A stretch of 31,437 bases of DNA from a virus, in IMG/VR virus record IMGVR_UViG_3300045988_029552, positions 1 to 31,437 of that record; one strand, written 5' to 3'. The first letter of the stretch is position 1; each line of letters begins with the position of its first letter. A program made the translations under genes and the position numbers. Of the stretch, positions 1 to 9,007 are shown in pieces. The notes under the pieces were generated by a model. The model was given only the letters and a program-made list of their open reading frames with translations. It did no database searches and was not told where the DNA came from.

Positions 1-55
1 AGAAACATCTAGGAAGCTGACATGGACATGTGTGTTGCTATGGTGCTGCTGGCCC
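1..55. repeat. terminal direct repeat, copy 1 (exact copy of 31383..31437); contig-closure overlap of a circular assembly
   Basis: 55/55 identity read by eye: AGAAACATCTAGGAAGCTGACATGGACATGTGTGTTGCTATGGTGCTGCTGGCCC at both window ends. Confidence 0.95.
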
Positions 56-102
56 TAGCACTAGGCCTGGTTATCGGGTACTTCCTCAATGAACGGTGGT
101 AG
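22..102 (+). CDS. small hydrophobic peptide, 26 aa (MDMCVAMVLLALALGLVIGYFLNERW), one predicted TM helix
   Basis: ATG follows the TGA of ORF 31232..31402 (GCTGACATGG). It is the last plus-strand ORF before the terminator and is below the ORF-track size cutoff. Confidence 0.3.
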   Translation: MDMCVAMVLLALALGLVIGYFLNERW

Positions 103-120
103 CCTATGACCTTAGAAAAC

Positions 121-156
121 AATTAACCCCCTGCCTGTTTAGGCAGGGGGTTAATT
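121..156. terminator. bidirectional intrinsic terminator at the convergence of the early and late arms
   Basis: Perfect 16-bp stem AATTAACCCCCTGCCT / AGGCAGGGGGTTAATT with GTTT loop (137-140). TTT follows on the plus strand and GTTTTC follows on the minus strand. It sits between the last plus ORF (ends 102) and the holin stop (168). Confidence 0.8.
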
Positions 157-167
157 TATGCCTTAGA

Positions 168-473
168 TCAGGCAGTCACTTCAGGAGCCTCAGCACGCCG
201 AGGGACAGTGGTGTCCAACGTGTTCTTCTGCTCCACGGTAGGGGATGCAATCTTAGCTGCATCGTAGAGGCCACACGCACCCAGTCCCATCAGCAGGTAC
301 TTAGCGGCAGCCTGGTAGACAGGATCACCTCCAAGGAAAGTCTGGGCCAGGCCCAGAGCAACGGACAGGACCACAGTCACCGGCATAGCGGCCTTAGCTG
401 GCAGTCCGAGGCGCTTCAGCAGCTCGACGATAGCGAGCATAGCCGGCACAGTGGCGAGCGTAGTAATATCCAT
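168..473 (-). CDS. putative holin
   Basis: 101 aa with hydrophobic helices (LATVPAMLAIVELL; AMPVTVVLSVALGLAQTFL; YLLMGLGACGLY) and a charged C-terminal tail. AGGAG lies 5 nt upstream of the ATG. It is the last gene of the lysis cassette. Confidence 0.6.
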   Translation of the reverse strand: MDITTLATVPAMLAIVELLKRLGLPAKAAMPVTVVLSVALGLAQTFLGGDPVYQAAAKYLLMGLGACGLYDAAKIASPTVEQKNTLDTTVPRRAEAPEVTA

Positions 474-484
474 GTGTCTCCTAA

Positions 485-1192
485 CTACAGTATCCCCGGG
501 GCTCTCTCAGGGATGATGTACATGTTCTCTTCCCAGGCGATGTCCTTGTGCCACATCACCCCGAAGTTCTGATTCACGCCACACTGCACAGCGAAGTGCA
601 GCTTGGTGTTGTAAGGTGAGAACTCTGTGTCTAGGTGTCTCACCATCTTGCCGTCCACGAACCATCGTATACAGTCGGGGTAGATACGTACCCCGTACTT
701 GTGCCACTGGCGTGTATCGAGGTCGATGACCTGAGGCCAGTGCTGTGGAGAGCGGTCCTTAGGTGAGGGCCAGTGGAGATTCAGCTGAGTCTTGGTCTTG
801 TCAGACTGGGTCTCCATGAAGTTGATCTCGCCCTCAGGCCACCTGGAGTCTTCCTCGGGCCACAGCATGGCTACCATTTCAGTCGTCCACGACGGAGGGT
901 TCTTGACCCACATGGACCAGTAGCCCTCACCCTTGACGTTGTATAGGCTTGCCCATGAACCACACCTCAGCGCGTTATTGAGAGCTTTCTCGTGTGTGGC
1001 TCCTGCCTCGATGTACATGAGGTAGGCCGGCCTGTCGAACTGCATCTTGAGTTCGAAGGTGCGGCCGTCAGGCAGTAGCTTAGTCATGGCCGGGTCGAAG
1101 CGACCTAGAGTACCGTGCTCAGGACGCTGTATACCCCACCCACCGTATGACCTGTAATCATATAGTGGTTTCTTTTTCAAGTAGTCTTTCAT
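485..1192 (-). CDS. GH16-like (ConA-fold) glycoside hydrolase, lysis-cassette accessory enzyme
   Basis: 235 aa. WPEGEINFME resembles the GH16 E-x-D-x-x-E catalytic strand (N in place of D). WHKYGVRIYPDCIRWFVDGKMV resembles the conserved GH16 W-H-x-Y-x-x-x-W-x-P-D-x-I-x-W-Y-V-D-G strand. Confidence 0.6.
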   Translation of the reverse strand: MKDYLKKKPLYDYRSYGGWGIQRPEHGTLGRFDPAMTKLLPDGRTFELKMQFDRPAYLMYIEAGATHEKALNNALRCGSWASLYNVKGEGYWSMWVKNPPSWTTEMVAMLWPEEDSRWPEGEINFMETQSDKTKTQLNLHWPSPKDRSPQHWPQVIDLDTRQWHKYGVRIYPDCIRWFVDGKMVRHLDTEFSPYNTKLHFAVQCGVNQNFGVMWHKDIAWEENMYIIPERAPGIL

Positions 1193-1255
1193 TGGGGGAG
1201 AGTCCCCTGATACTATCTACCAGGGGACCACACCTCCTTTCAGGCTATCGCGCTA

Positions 1256-2110
1256 TCAGGCGTTGACACCAGGATCCCTAGGAGCCAGGCCCCTCACCAG
1301 ATCAGCCAGAACTGCGATAGAGTTACGCAGTTCCTCCATCTGAGCCTGCACCGCGGTGATGCGGGTCTTAGCGTCAGCGATCTCCTGGCGGATCACAACC
1401 TGCCCATTAGAGTCAGCCGACGGGTCACCCGGCCGGGTGACAGACGCAGTCTGGGTGGCAGCCTGATGCGCGTAGTACGCAGCAGTCTGGCAAGCAGCCT
1501 GCATGCGGCCGAGGTAAGCCCCGAACTTCTCGTCTCCCCAGTTCAGGCCCCCAACGCCCTCGCGTACAGCCTGAATCAAATCAGCTTTGTTCAACTCTGG
1601 TCCTTCCGTACTTGATTGAAATCCTGCCAATGTAGCCTCCATCAGGCCAATACCCTGAGCACAAGTCACCCACCTGGCAGGGGCTGGGTGATTATCAGAG
1701 GCCTTACGGCCGCGGTAGCCTAGGCCGTTGTAGCCCGCGTGGGCTGCAACAACCTGGTACTGGCAAGCTGTGTCACTTGACCCGCCAGAGTCACAGGCTA
1801 CGTGTATATGGGGCTCGAAACCCTGGCTACGGTACCTAGCCCAGGCCACACCTCCATAGCGTCTGGCACAAGCTACTAGCCGCTCTATCTGGGAACTACT
1901 CAGGTGCCAGTCCTGGAAGTCAAACGCCCAGCCGTCAGAGTGAGTCCCGGCACTAGCCTTAGCCCCTCCTAAGGCCTGCACTAGGATAACGCTGATATCG
2001 GGGTTATCCCTGGCCATGACGCGCTTGAATAGTCGGTACCACTTAGCCGGTATCTCAGCAGCGTAGGCTTCCTGTCCATTGTATTTAGGGCCCACAGATA
2101 CGTATCCCAT
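1256..2110 (-). CDS. endolysin, LAS/M15-type zinc peptidase with coiled-coil C-terminal region
   Basis: 284 aa. H-x6-D (GTHSDGWAFD) plus H-x-H (EPHIHVA) zinc-ligand pattern of LAS metallopeptidases. TAATG coupling to the upstream gene. Lies adjacent to the holin block. Confidence 0.7.
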   Translation of the reverse strand: MGYVSVGPKYNGQEAYAAEIPAKWYRLFKRVMARDNPDISVILVQALGGAKASAGTHSDGWAFDFQDWHLSSSQIERLVACARRYGGVAWARYRSQGFEPHIHVACDSGGSSDTACQYQVVAAHAGYNGLGYRGRKASDNHPAPARWVTCAQGIGLMEATLAGFQSSTEGPELNKADLIQAVREGVGGLNWGDEKFGAYLGRMQAACQTAAYYAHQAATQTASVTRPGDPSADSNGQVVIRQEIADAKTRITAVQAQMEELRNSIAVLADLVRGLAPRDPGVNA

Positions 2111-2547
2111 TAACCCTCCTTCCTTGTCTCCACAGCCAGCAGACGCTGGCCATGTTCTTCTAACCTAGAAGTCAACATGCGCTCGGTATTGGACACACGA
2201 TCATTAATCTGGGTGATATTGTCATTAAACCGGCCGATCTCCTTATCGTGCCGGTTTAGTACCCCCTTAATTTCCGCCGTAGTCGACGACAGAATTTCTA
2301 AATCCGTGTTAGTCTTATCAGCTTGCTTAAGTAGAATATTCAACTTATCCTGAACAGTGTTACCTTCAGCATCAGTTTTGTCAAAAACCAGCGCTTCGGT
2401 ATCATTTTTCAGGTCAGCAGTGAGGTCCTTTATCTTCTTAAGCGACCCAGACATGGCCTTATATACTTTTACACCGCTGTAACCAACCGCTAAAATACCC
2501 GCCAGGATAGCCCCAATAAGGCTACCCATAGTCTCAGGGCTCAACAT
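2110..2547 (-). CDS. membrane-anchored coiled-coil protein (function unknown; possible lysis or tail accessory)
   Basis: 145 aa. N-terminal TM helix (GSLIGAILAGILAVGYSGV) followed by heptad-like K/D/E/N/T-rich sequence. Visibly more AT-rich than its neighbours. Confidence 0.5.
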   Translation of the reverse strand: MLSPETMGSLIGAILAGILAVGYSGVKVYKAMSGSLKKIKDLTADLKNDTEALVFDKTDAEGNTVQDKLNILLKQADKTNTDLEILSSTTAEIKGVLNRHDKEIGRFNDNITQINDRVSNTERMLTSRLEEHGQRLLAVETRKEG

Positions 2548-2548
2548 A

Positions 2549-3166
2549 TCACCTCAACCACAGTACAACAGCGGACACGAAACAGCGTCCGCCTCTATTA
2601 GAACTACCGCTGTAAAGCTTAGCCTGGCAATTAACCTCAATCCCCCCTTCACGTGGATCAGGCACAGTGAAGAATGGCCACGAAATATTCGACGGGATAG
2701 CCGATGAGCCTAGGAACGACAGGAAGTCAGGGCTGTATTGCCCCCTGCACTCGACCCTACCCCAGCACGCAGGGGTGCCAGCGTTAGCGTCATAGTTAGG
2801 CATGATGGAACCGCCCGCTATGACCAGTGCTTTAGTCGCCCATGAAGGGGCCACAACGAACGTAGACACCCCTGTGGTCCAGCTAGTCACCGGAGACCAG
2901 TCAAGATTACGGGAATTACCAGAATCAACAGCGATCTGAGACTTAAGTGCCCTGTCACCAATCAGTCCTTCGGCGATCTCTAGGGTCCCGTCGAACTTCG
3001 CATGACCTTTCACGTGGAACAGAGAGCGGTTATACACCGCCCCTTCCCCACCAATAGTGGCCGTGAGCTCATTAATGCGACTCTCGAGACCCTCTAGGCG
3101 GTTAACAACCTCACGAATACCCTGGTCATTAGACGGCCTATCGACCGTAGTAGGGTCGAAACTCAT
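2549..3166 (-). CDS. minor tail / fibre-like protein
   Basis: ORF-track ORF 2549..3169. ATG at 3166 overlaps the upstream TGA (TGATG). N-terminal coiled coil (VVNRLEGLESRINELT). Position in the tail module. Confidence 0.5.
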   Translation of the reverse strand: MSFDPTTVDRPSNDQGIREVVNRLEGLESRINELTATIGGEGAVYNRSLFHVKGHAKFDGTLEIAEGLIGDRALKSQIAVDSGNSRNLDWSPVTSWTTGVSTFVVAPSWATKALVIAGGSIMPNYDANAGTPACWGRVECRGQYSPDFLSFLGSSAIPSNISWPFFTVPDPREGGIEVNCQAKLYSGSSNRGGRCFVSAVVLWLR

Positions 3167-4230
3167 CAATCCTCCAATGAAAGCATCGGTTTAATCTTAG
3201 TGATCTCACCAGATACAGGGTCAGGGTCACATACCCACCCGATAACCCTAGCTTTACCTTTGAATTGCAGCTCAGGGTTACTAAGATTAGTCATATCAAC
3301 ATCAACATAGTCACCTAGAACGAAGTCACGACCTGGCATGAAGTGGTCCAACGTAGTCTCCACGCTGATAGACGTCAGCCCGTAAGACTGACTCTCCTTA
3401 GCTGCATACATATACTGCTGCAAAACAGCATCATTCACTGACCCCGTGTCAGGAGTCCACCGTCTCTCAAGCTCAAGCCACCCATATTGCAGTACCTGTC
3501 CGTTAGACGTGGCGAATTCCTTGCGCTCGTCACCTGATCTATTCGAGACCACACGCCAGATAGTGGCTCCTTTACCGTCAGAGCAGTCCTCAACCTGCTG
3601 CCAGCTACCTTGAGATAGCACAGCAGCCCCGGCAGTTTCCTTACCCACACCACCAAGCCTGTATGCTGTGTGGACCACAATACCGAGGTGACCGTTCTCG
3701 TGCAGTTCCCAGCTAGTAGCGAACTCTGCACCATGCTTAGTCTTCATCAAATTCTGAAGACCCGCCAAGCACGTCATATCCTGGTCAGCACGGTACGTCC
3801 TGTCACCCCAATCAAGGGTAGGATCCTCGTCCAGACGTCCGTTAAACTGGGCCACAAGCCTGTCAAGACCTATACCCCGCGCAATAGTGGTGTAGCGCTG
3901 ATCCCTGAAAACCAGTTCAGGGATATAATTCCTTTTCAGCCACTCCTCAGCAGGCTGGAGTGTGAGCTCCATAGCCTCGTCTGACCCGTATGAGCGTTTC
4001 TCTACCCAGCCAGCCCACAGAACGAGGTTATCCTCGATGGCTGCAAGGACAGCACGCATGGGCTGGGTGCCATCACGCCAGTTAGCAGGCCACCTATCAC
4101 AGACGGGGAGACTCACAGTCACAGAGTCTCCCCGCCCAATGATGGATGACAGGCTTGATTTGACAGCTAGGCCGGGTAGCTCAGTCAGAGGCCTACCGTC
4201 TAGAGCTGCAAACGACTGCCATTTGATCAT
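3166..4230 (-). CDS. minor tail protein
   Basis: ORF 3166..4266 trimmed to the ATG at 4230, which overlaps the upstream stop (TAATG). 354 aa, in the distal tail gene block. Confidence 0.6.
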   Translation of the reverse strand: MIKWQSFAALDGRPLTELPGLAVKSSLSSIIGRGDSVTVSLPVCDRWPANWRDGTQPMRAVLAAIEDNLVLWAGWVEKRSYGSDEAMELTLQPAEEWLKRNYIPELVFRDQRYTTIARGIGLDRLVAQFNGRLDEDPTLDWGDRTYRADQDMTCLAGLQNLMKTKHGAEFATSWELHENGHLGIVVHTAYRLGGVGKETAGAAVLSQGSWQQVEDCSDGKGATIWRVVSNRSGDERKEFATSNGQVLQYGWLELERRWTPDTGSVNDAVLQQYMYAAKESQSYGLTSISVETTLDHFMPGRDFVLGDYVDVDMTNLSNPELQFKGKARVIGWVCDPDPVSGEITKIKPMLSLED

Positions 4231-5120
4231 TAGCCGTTCTCTACTGCTATCCAGTCGAAGTCGCAACCCCGACCATTCTTAACGAACATCTGAAACTGTG
4301 TCGCAGTGACATTATATGGCTTAGGGGTGTCCCACGTGAAGTCACCCGAAGCAGACCTAACCGAGGCCACAACACGAGGAGCGCTCGAGAAACGCCCTGG
4401 GGGGAACTGGATAGTAAACACCGCAGGCCCCGCAGAGCTAGCCGTCACCGTACCCGACGCAATAGCAGGGATACGGGGCAGCTGAACCTGAGGAATTACC
4501 GTATCCTCACGCCATGCTGACCCAGTCCACAGCATAACCTTGTTGGTGTCCAGCTCATAGATGCGCTGGCCCTTCTGAAGGAACCACGTTGTGGGCCTGC
4601 TATTAGAATAACACGGGATAGTGCCGCCCACAGCGCACGTGTACTGCCTAGAATCATAAATCGTGGGGCTACCCGTAGTCGATACGATAACACGGGCTAT
4701 AAGCAGAGCACCAGACGGCGTAGCCGGCGTAGGGAAGCTAGCCGACGCCGTACCCTTAATCATTTCGAATGAGGCCTGGTACTTGTTAGAGCCATCCACA
4801 GTACCGTCATACACTTTCAGCACCAGAATATCAGTGCGCGGGTATGACGTGTCCTTAGCGTACAGAGGCAAGCTAACGTCGTCGACATTAGCCACACGGT
4901 AGCTGCCGTTATTCGATGCCACAGGCGTAACAATAGCCGTACCAGAACTGACCCTGATCTGGCTACCATTCAAGCTAGGAGTCATACCTGACGTCACTCC
5001 TGGCCGACACGCCAGAGGGTGGGTATCGTGGACCATAGTAGAGCCCACATCGAGCCGCCTGAATTCAGCGGCATTCACTGAAACGTTACCACCAATAGGT
5101 AGCACATTATCGAGAGCCAT
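4230..5120 (-). CDS. minor tail protein (possible receptor-binding component)
   Basis: 296 aa, Ser/Thr/Gly/Val-rich beta-type sequence. TAATG coupling to the upstream gene. Position after the Dit-like gene. Confidence 0.6.
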   Translation of the reverse strand: MALDNVLPIGGNVSVNAAEFRRLDVGSTMVHDTHPLACRPGVTSGMTPSLNGSQIRVSSGTAIVTPVASNNGSYRVANVDDVSLPLYAKDTSYPRTDILVLKVYDGTVDGSNKYQASFEMIKGTASASFPTPATPSGALLIARVIVSTTGSPTIYDSRQYTCAVGGTIPCYSNSRPTTWFLQKGQRIYELDTNKVMLWTGSAWREDTVIPQVQLPRIPAIASGTVTASSAGPAVFTIQFPPGRFSSAPRVVASVRSASGDFTWDTPKPYNVTATQFQMFVKNGRGCDFDWIAVENG

Positions 5121-5962
5121 TATATAGTCACCTGTCTCACAATTACATCAAGATAAGCTGTGGGGGAATACACATCAGACCTGAAACCAATAGTCAATTC
5201 GCCTCTACCTAACTCAGGCCATTCCCTGATAGTAGGGGCAGCAGAAGATTGCCCCTGCCTAAGTGACGTGCGGTTAGTCAAATCAATATCTAGCCACTCG
5301 TCTTGCTGTAGGGTGAAGTCCCACCTCAAGCGTCCAGCCCCACCTGGACCAGAAAAGATAACAGACGGTATCTGCACATACCCGTAAAGCTTAAGACTAA
5401 CCCTGTTATGGTAGCCAGAGCTTACCGTGACGGACCCGTAGTTACCCGACTCCAAGAAAGAGATAGGGTACTTGATCGGGAACTTAATACCTCCCGTAAG
5501 GTTGGGTAGATACAGCCTATGCTTAGCTGTATACTGATCATCGATCTGGCCATCCGGAGTCTGACCTCCACGCCACCACACAGGGTCAGGAGCTATCAGA
5601 GTAGCTCCCCATTCAAACGCTGACCCATTAGCCAGGAACGTTATATCCAGAGCGCTATCCCGGGCCACATACATAGTCTTCGGTCCACGAGGCGTATTAA
5701 CAGTCAGTGGCGAGGTATTAATATCCGCGATACTCAGGAGAGTCTCCATGGCCTCCTCAGCATCCTCCAGAGACTGCCCTACGTAATACCCTTTAATAGC
5801 ACCAGACTTAGCTCCATGAAAGGCCTTAGTACGCCATATACCGTCATAGCCCACACGCTGGCCACTCTGCGCAACGGCAGGGGCTGAGCCGAAGAGTTTG
5901 CACTCACTCACAACCCAGTCCCCACCGTTGATCACGTGGCCATTCCACGTGACTTCTTTCAC
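5120..5962 (-). CDS. distal tail protein (Dit)-like minor tail protein
   Basis: 280 aa, immediately downstream of the tape measure with GTGA start/stop overlap. Assigned by synteny. Confidence 0.55.
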   Translation of the reverse strand: MKEVTWNGHVINGGDWVVSECKLFGSAPAVAQSGQRVGYDGIWRTKAFHGAKSGAIKGYYVGQSLEDAEEAMETLLSIADINTSPLTVNTPRGPKTMYVARDSALDITFLANGSAFEWGATLIAPDPVWWRGGQTPDGQIDDQYTAKHRLYLPNLTGGIKFPIKYPISFLESGNYGSVTVSSGYHNRVSLKLYGYVQIPSVIFSGPGGAGRLRWDFTLQQDEWLDIDLTNRTSLRQGQSSAAPTIREWPELGRGELTIGFRSDVYSPTAYLDVIVRQVTI

Positions 5963-8313
5963 ATTAGTCTCCTAAGCTGCCTTGCGACCTCTTCGGCAGT
6001 GGCATAGGGGTCACTGCTGTATGCATTGACATTGACCCTACTGGTATTACCTCCAGCATTAGCTCCGGCATAAGCAGGTTGAACACCGTTCAGGTTAGTG
6101 CTGAAGTTGTCACGGAAGTCACCCATGACACTCTTAGCAGAATCAAGCAGGTAAGGTTGTTCATTCTTGAGGCTATCAGCGAAGTCCCTAATGATGGCCT
6201 TACCAGAATGAGTCACGTAGCCCTTGCCTGAGAAAGGCCCCCACTTAGCCGGAGAGAAAGGCCACAGACCACGCAGCCAGTCCATACCCTGCTTAACCCA
6301 GCCAACCAGACTATTCCACGCTCCTTGGATACCCCGCAAGAAGCCGTCCACAAGAGCACCACCAGACCGGACCAGTAGGCTGCCTAGATCACCAAGAGCT
6401 CCAGTGATCTTGCCTGGCAGTGAGCGAGCGAATTCAGCAACCTGACCACCTAGCTCCTGAGCCTTACGCAAGAATCCGTTCCACGCCTCCGAGGCTTTCT
6501 GAGGAAGGCTCGACGCCAGCGACGCTATACCACCTATGATCTTGCCAGGTAGTTGCTTAACCCACTCAATTATCTCTCCGCCCTTACGGACCATGCTCTG
6601 GAAGAAACCGCCAAACCACTCAGCGGCTTTACCAGCTAGCTGACCAAGACCAGCGAGCCATTCAAGTACCTTGCCGGGAAGAGACATCAGCCACTCGCCC
6701 ACAGACGCCAGCCATCCAGGAATGTATCCAAGGAATTGTACGAATCCCACAATCAGGCCAGCGAAGATACCTATAGAGAACCCCACAATCATCAAAGTAA
6801 CCTCGCCTAACGCAGCTAGACCATCGAGGATCATCTGTGGTAGACCAGCAAAGAACTCAGCGATCTGCTGCCCCGCAGCAGATAAGCCGTCCATAAACCA
6901 CTGACCGATACCTGTAGCGAACTCCGTCAAGCCCCTGACGAAGTCTTCCCACAGGCGTCCAGCGCCTTCAACTACGGCGTTCCACACACCACCGATGAAA
7001 TCAGATACCGCCTGCCAGTTAGCAATCAGGTACACCAGGCCAGCAGCGAGGGCAGCTATAGCTAGCACAATCCAAGTGATAGGGCTGGCTAGAAGAGCTG
7101 CCGTAGACGCCCATATACCGGCCACCCACGTAAGGAATGCCGGTATCAAGATACCGGCAATAGCTGCACCCAGAGCTCCGAATGCCCAACTGTTGTCTTT
7201 CAGCCAGTTACCTATAGCCTCCAGCGTAGGGGCCATATTTGTCAGAGTATCAGCGAGAGCACTAAACACCGCAGAACCTAGGGGTTCTAGAGCAAGCTGA
7301 GCATTGTTCTGGACAATCTGCCACTTCTCTGCGAAGTCAGACGTCTCATCAGCCACACCAAGGATAGTGTCGTCTGTAGCCCCGATAGACGTCATCATGT
7401 CCTCAGCGCCGATCTTACCTTGCTTCAGTGCCTCCACAAACTGAGGTGCGCCCTTAGTCCCGAACAATTTGGAAGCTAGGTCAAGAGCAGCAGCGTCATT
7501 ACCAGACTGGATAAAACCACCAATCTCGCCAGTAACCCGCTGGAATGCTTCCTTAGGATCCTCCCCCGCCTTAGCCAGAGTAACCAGACCCTTAGACATA
7601 GAGGCCATGAGCTGACTTGAATTAAGACCGGCCTTATCAAAGCCACCGATCATAGCTGCCGTATCCTGGAAACTAAATCCAAGAGTCTTCATTGAGGGTG
7701 CAGCTTGCGCGGTTTTCTGGGCCAGATCATTGAAACCTAAACCAGTAGCCTGGCTGACCCTAAACAGGTCATCCATAGCCCCAGGAATTTGCTGAGCCTC
7801 AAGCCCGAAAGCGTTAAACGCCGCTGTGGTCTTGCTGATGTCTACATCCTGACCCAGCAACCGGCCAGCCTCGAGTACCTGCCTAGAAACGGTCTCAAGG
7901 TCATCCCCAGTCAGGCCTAACCTAGTATTCAGGTCAGCGACGACTGGTCCGATCTTACTGAACTCAGCTGGTGTAGTAGCGCCCACACGCTTAGCAACAT
8001 CGACTAGTCCGTCGAGAGCCTCACCTGTGGCGCCCGTACCAGTGCGGATAGTGTCAGTGACCTCATCGAAAGTCTCGCCGACTTTGTAGAGAGCCGCACC
8101 GATACCGGCAGCCATACCAGCCCCGAGGGTAGCAAGCGAGCTTCCCTTAAGCCCCTCAGCTAGTCTGGTAGTCAGCCTGGCGCCGCCTTCTTTACCAGCC
8201 TTGTCTGTGCCCTCGTTTACAGCTCCTGTAATCTCTCCAACAATAGCTTCTTTATTGCCCTTCATCGAAGGCACTAGCTGATAGTAACCTGTAGCTAGCT
8301 CAACAGAAGCCAT
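5959..8313 (-). CDS. tape measure protein
   Basis: About 784 aa (the ORF track extends to a TTG at 8328; the ATG at 8313 overlaps the chaperone stop as TAATG). Ala/Gly/Leu-rich helical repeats, central hydrophobic block (WAFGALGAAIAGILIPAFLTWVAGIW...). Position after the G/T chaperones. Confidence 0.9.
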   Translation of the reverse strand: MASVELATGYYQLVPSMKGNKEAIVGEITGAVNEGTDKAGKEGGARLTTRLAEGLKGSSLATLGAGMAAGIGAALYKVGETFDEVTDTIRTGTGATGEALDGLVDVAKRVGATTPAEFSKIGPVVADLNTRLGLTGDDLETVSRQVLEAGRLLGQDVDISKTTAAFNAFGLEAQQIPGAMDDLFRVSQATGLGFNDLAQKTAQAAPSMKTLGFSFQDTAAMIGGFDKAGLNSSQLMASMSKGLVTLAKAGEDPKEAFQRVTGEIGGFIQSGNDAAALDLASKLFGTKGAPQFVEALKQGKIGAEDMMTSIGATDDTILGVADETSDFAEKWQIVQNNAQLALEPLGSAVFSALADTLTNMAPTLEAIGNWLKDNSWAFGALGAAIAGILIPAFLTWVAGIWASTAALLASPITWIVLAIAALAAGLVYLIANWQAVSDFIGGVWNAVVEGAGRLWEDFVRGLTEFATGIGQWFMDGLSAAGQQIAEFFAGLPQMILDGLAALGEVTLMIVGFSIGIFAGLIVGFVQFLGYIPGWLASVGEWLMSLPGKVLEWLAGLGQLAGKAAEWFGGFFQSMVRKGGEIIEWVKQLPGKIIGGIASLASSLPQKASEAWNGFLRKAQELGGQVAEFARSLPGKITGALGDLGSLLVRSGGALVDGFLRGIQGAWNSLVGWVKQGMDWLRGLWPFSPAKWGPFSGKGYVTHSGKAIIRDFADSLKNEQPYLLDSAKSVMGDFRDNFSTNLNGVQPAYAGANAGGNTSRVNVNAYSSDPYATAEEVARQLRRLM

Positions 8314-9007
8314 TAGGCATCCCACCAATCATTGAATTCGCTCAGAGGGATGGGGTCATACCCGAAAGCACGCTCATCATCCCTAATCTCATTTGGCCTC
8401 CGCATAGGCTTAGGTGGAGGCTCACTTGACTTGCCAGCACGCTGCCAGTTGGCCCCAGCAAGGACGTCGTAGATGTTAGCTAGCATGTAGCCGTCTGTGG
8501 TCCACACGTAGCCTAGATCCTTAGCCAGCGGCCCTCCTGGCTCAGCATGGCTGACTATAGCCTGAAGGTCCCGCCAGGTAAGCTCATCCGAACCTATCTG
8601 GCGGGACCTCAAACCTAGCCCAATGAGCTCACGCTCTAGGGCTAGTGGGTGATTATGCCACACCCCCACTAGCCCTATTATTCCCCCATGCTGATCTCAG
8701 AGTGCTCTTTCCACGCCTCCATGAGCGCCATAAACATATCGTCATCTAGCTGGCTAGTGATCCCTGGCACATAGTGCTCAAGCAGATCAAGCTGGAAATC
8801 AAGCAACTCGGAAGTCTGCTTGGACGTGGGCTTCTTACCACGCTCCTGCTGAGCCTGAATAGCCCCGGCCAGATCACCCATCCTCTTACGGATACCCACA
8901 GGCAGCTTCTGAAGCGACGGCAATTCGTGAGTAACTTTAGACCCAGGCATACGGAATTTGAAGTTATCCGTAGCCTTAGGGCCGTCAAGCTGAAAGACCT
9001 TGCTCAC
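8313..9007 (-). CDS. tail assembly chaperone, predicted -1 programmed-frameshift fusion (G-T-like)
   Basis: ORF 8313..8669 lies in the -1 frame relative to 8678..9007. That frame is open only from 8696 downward (TGA at 8697-8699), so a shift must occur within 8681..8696, which contains GGGGGAA. Confidence 0.55.
8678..9007 (-). CDS. tail assembly chaperone (G-like, frame-0 product)
   Basis: 109 aa acidic protein between the major tail and tape measure genes. GTGA overlap with the major tail stop. Confidence 0.75.
   Translation of the reverse strand: MSKVFQLDGPKATDNFKFRMPGSKVTHELPSLQKLPVGIRKRMGDLAGAIQAQQERGKKPTSKQTSELLDFQLDLLEHYVPGITSQLDDDMFMALMEAWKEHSEISMGE
8681..8687 (-). promoter_or_regulatory. 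candidate -1 slippery heptamer G GGG GAA at the last two codons of the G chaperone
   Basis: Minus-strand sequence ATG GGG GAA TAA. This is the only homopolymeric run inside the 16-nt window in which both frames are open. Confidence 0.45.

Noticed and set aside
96-572. 158-aa plus-strand ORF
   Set aside because: It lies antisense across the terminator, the holin and the end of the GH16-like gene. The composition is S/H/R/Q-rich with no RBS, so it is a shadow ORF.
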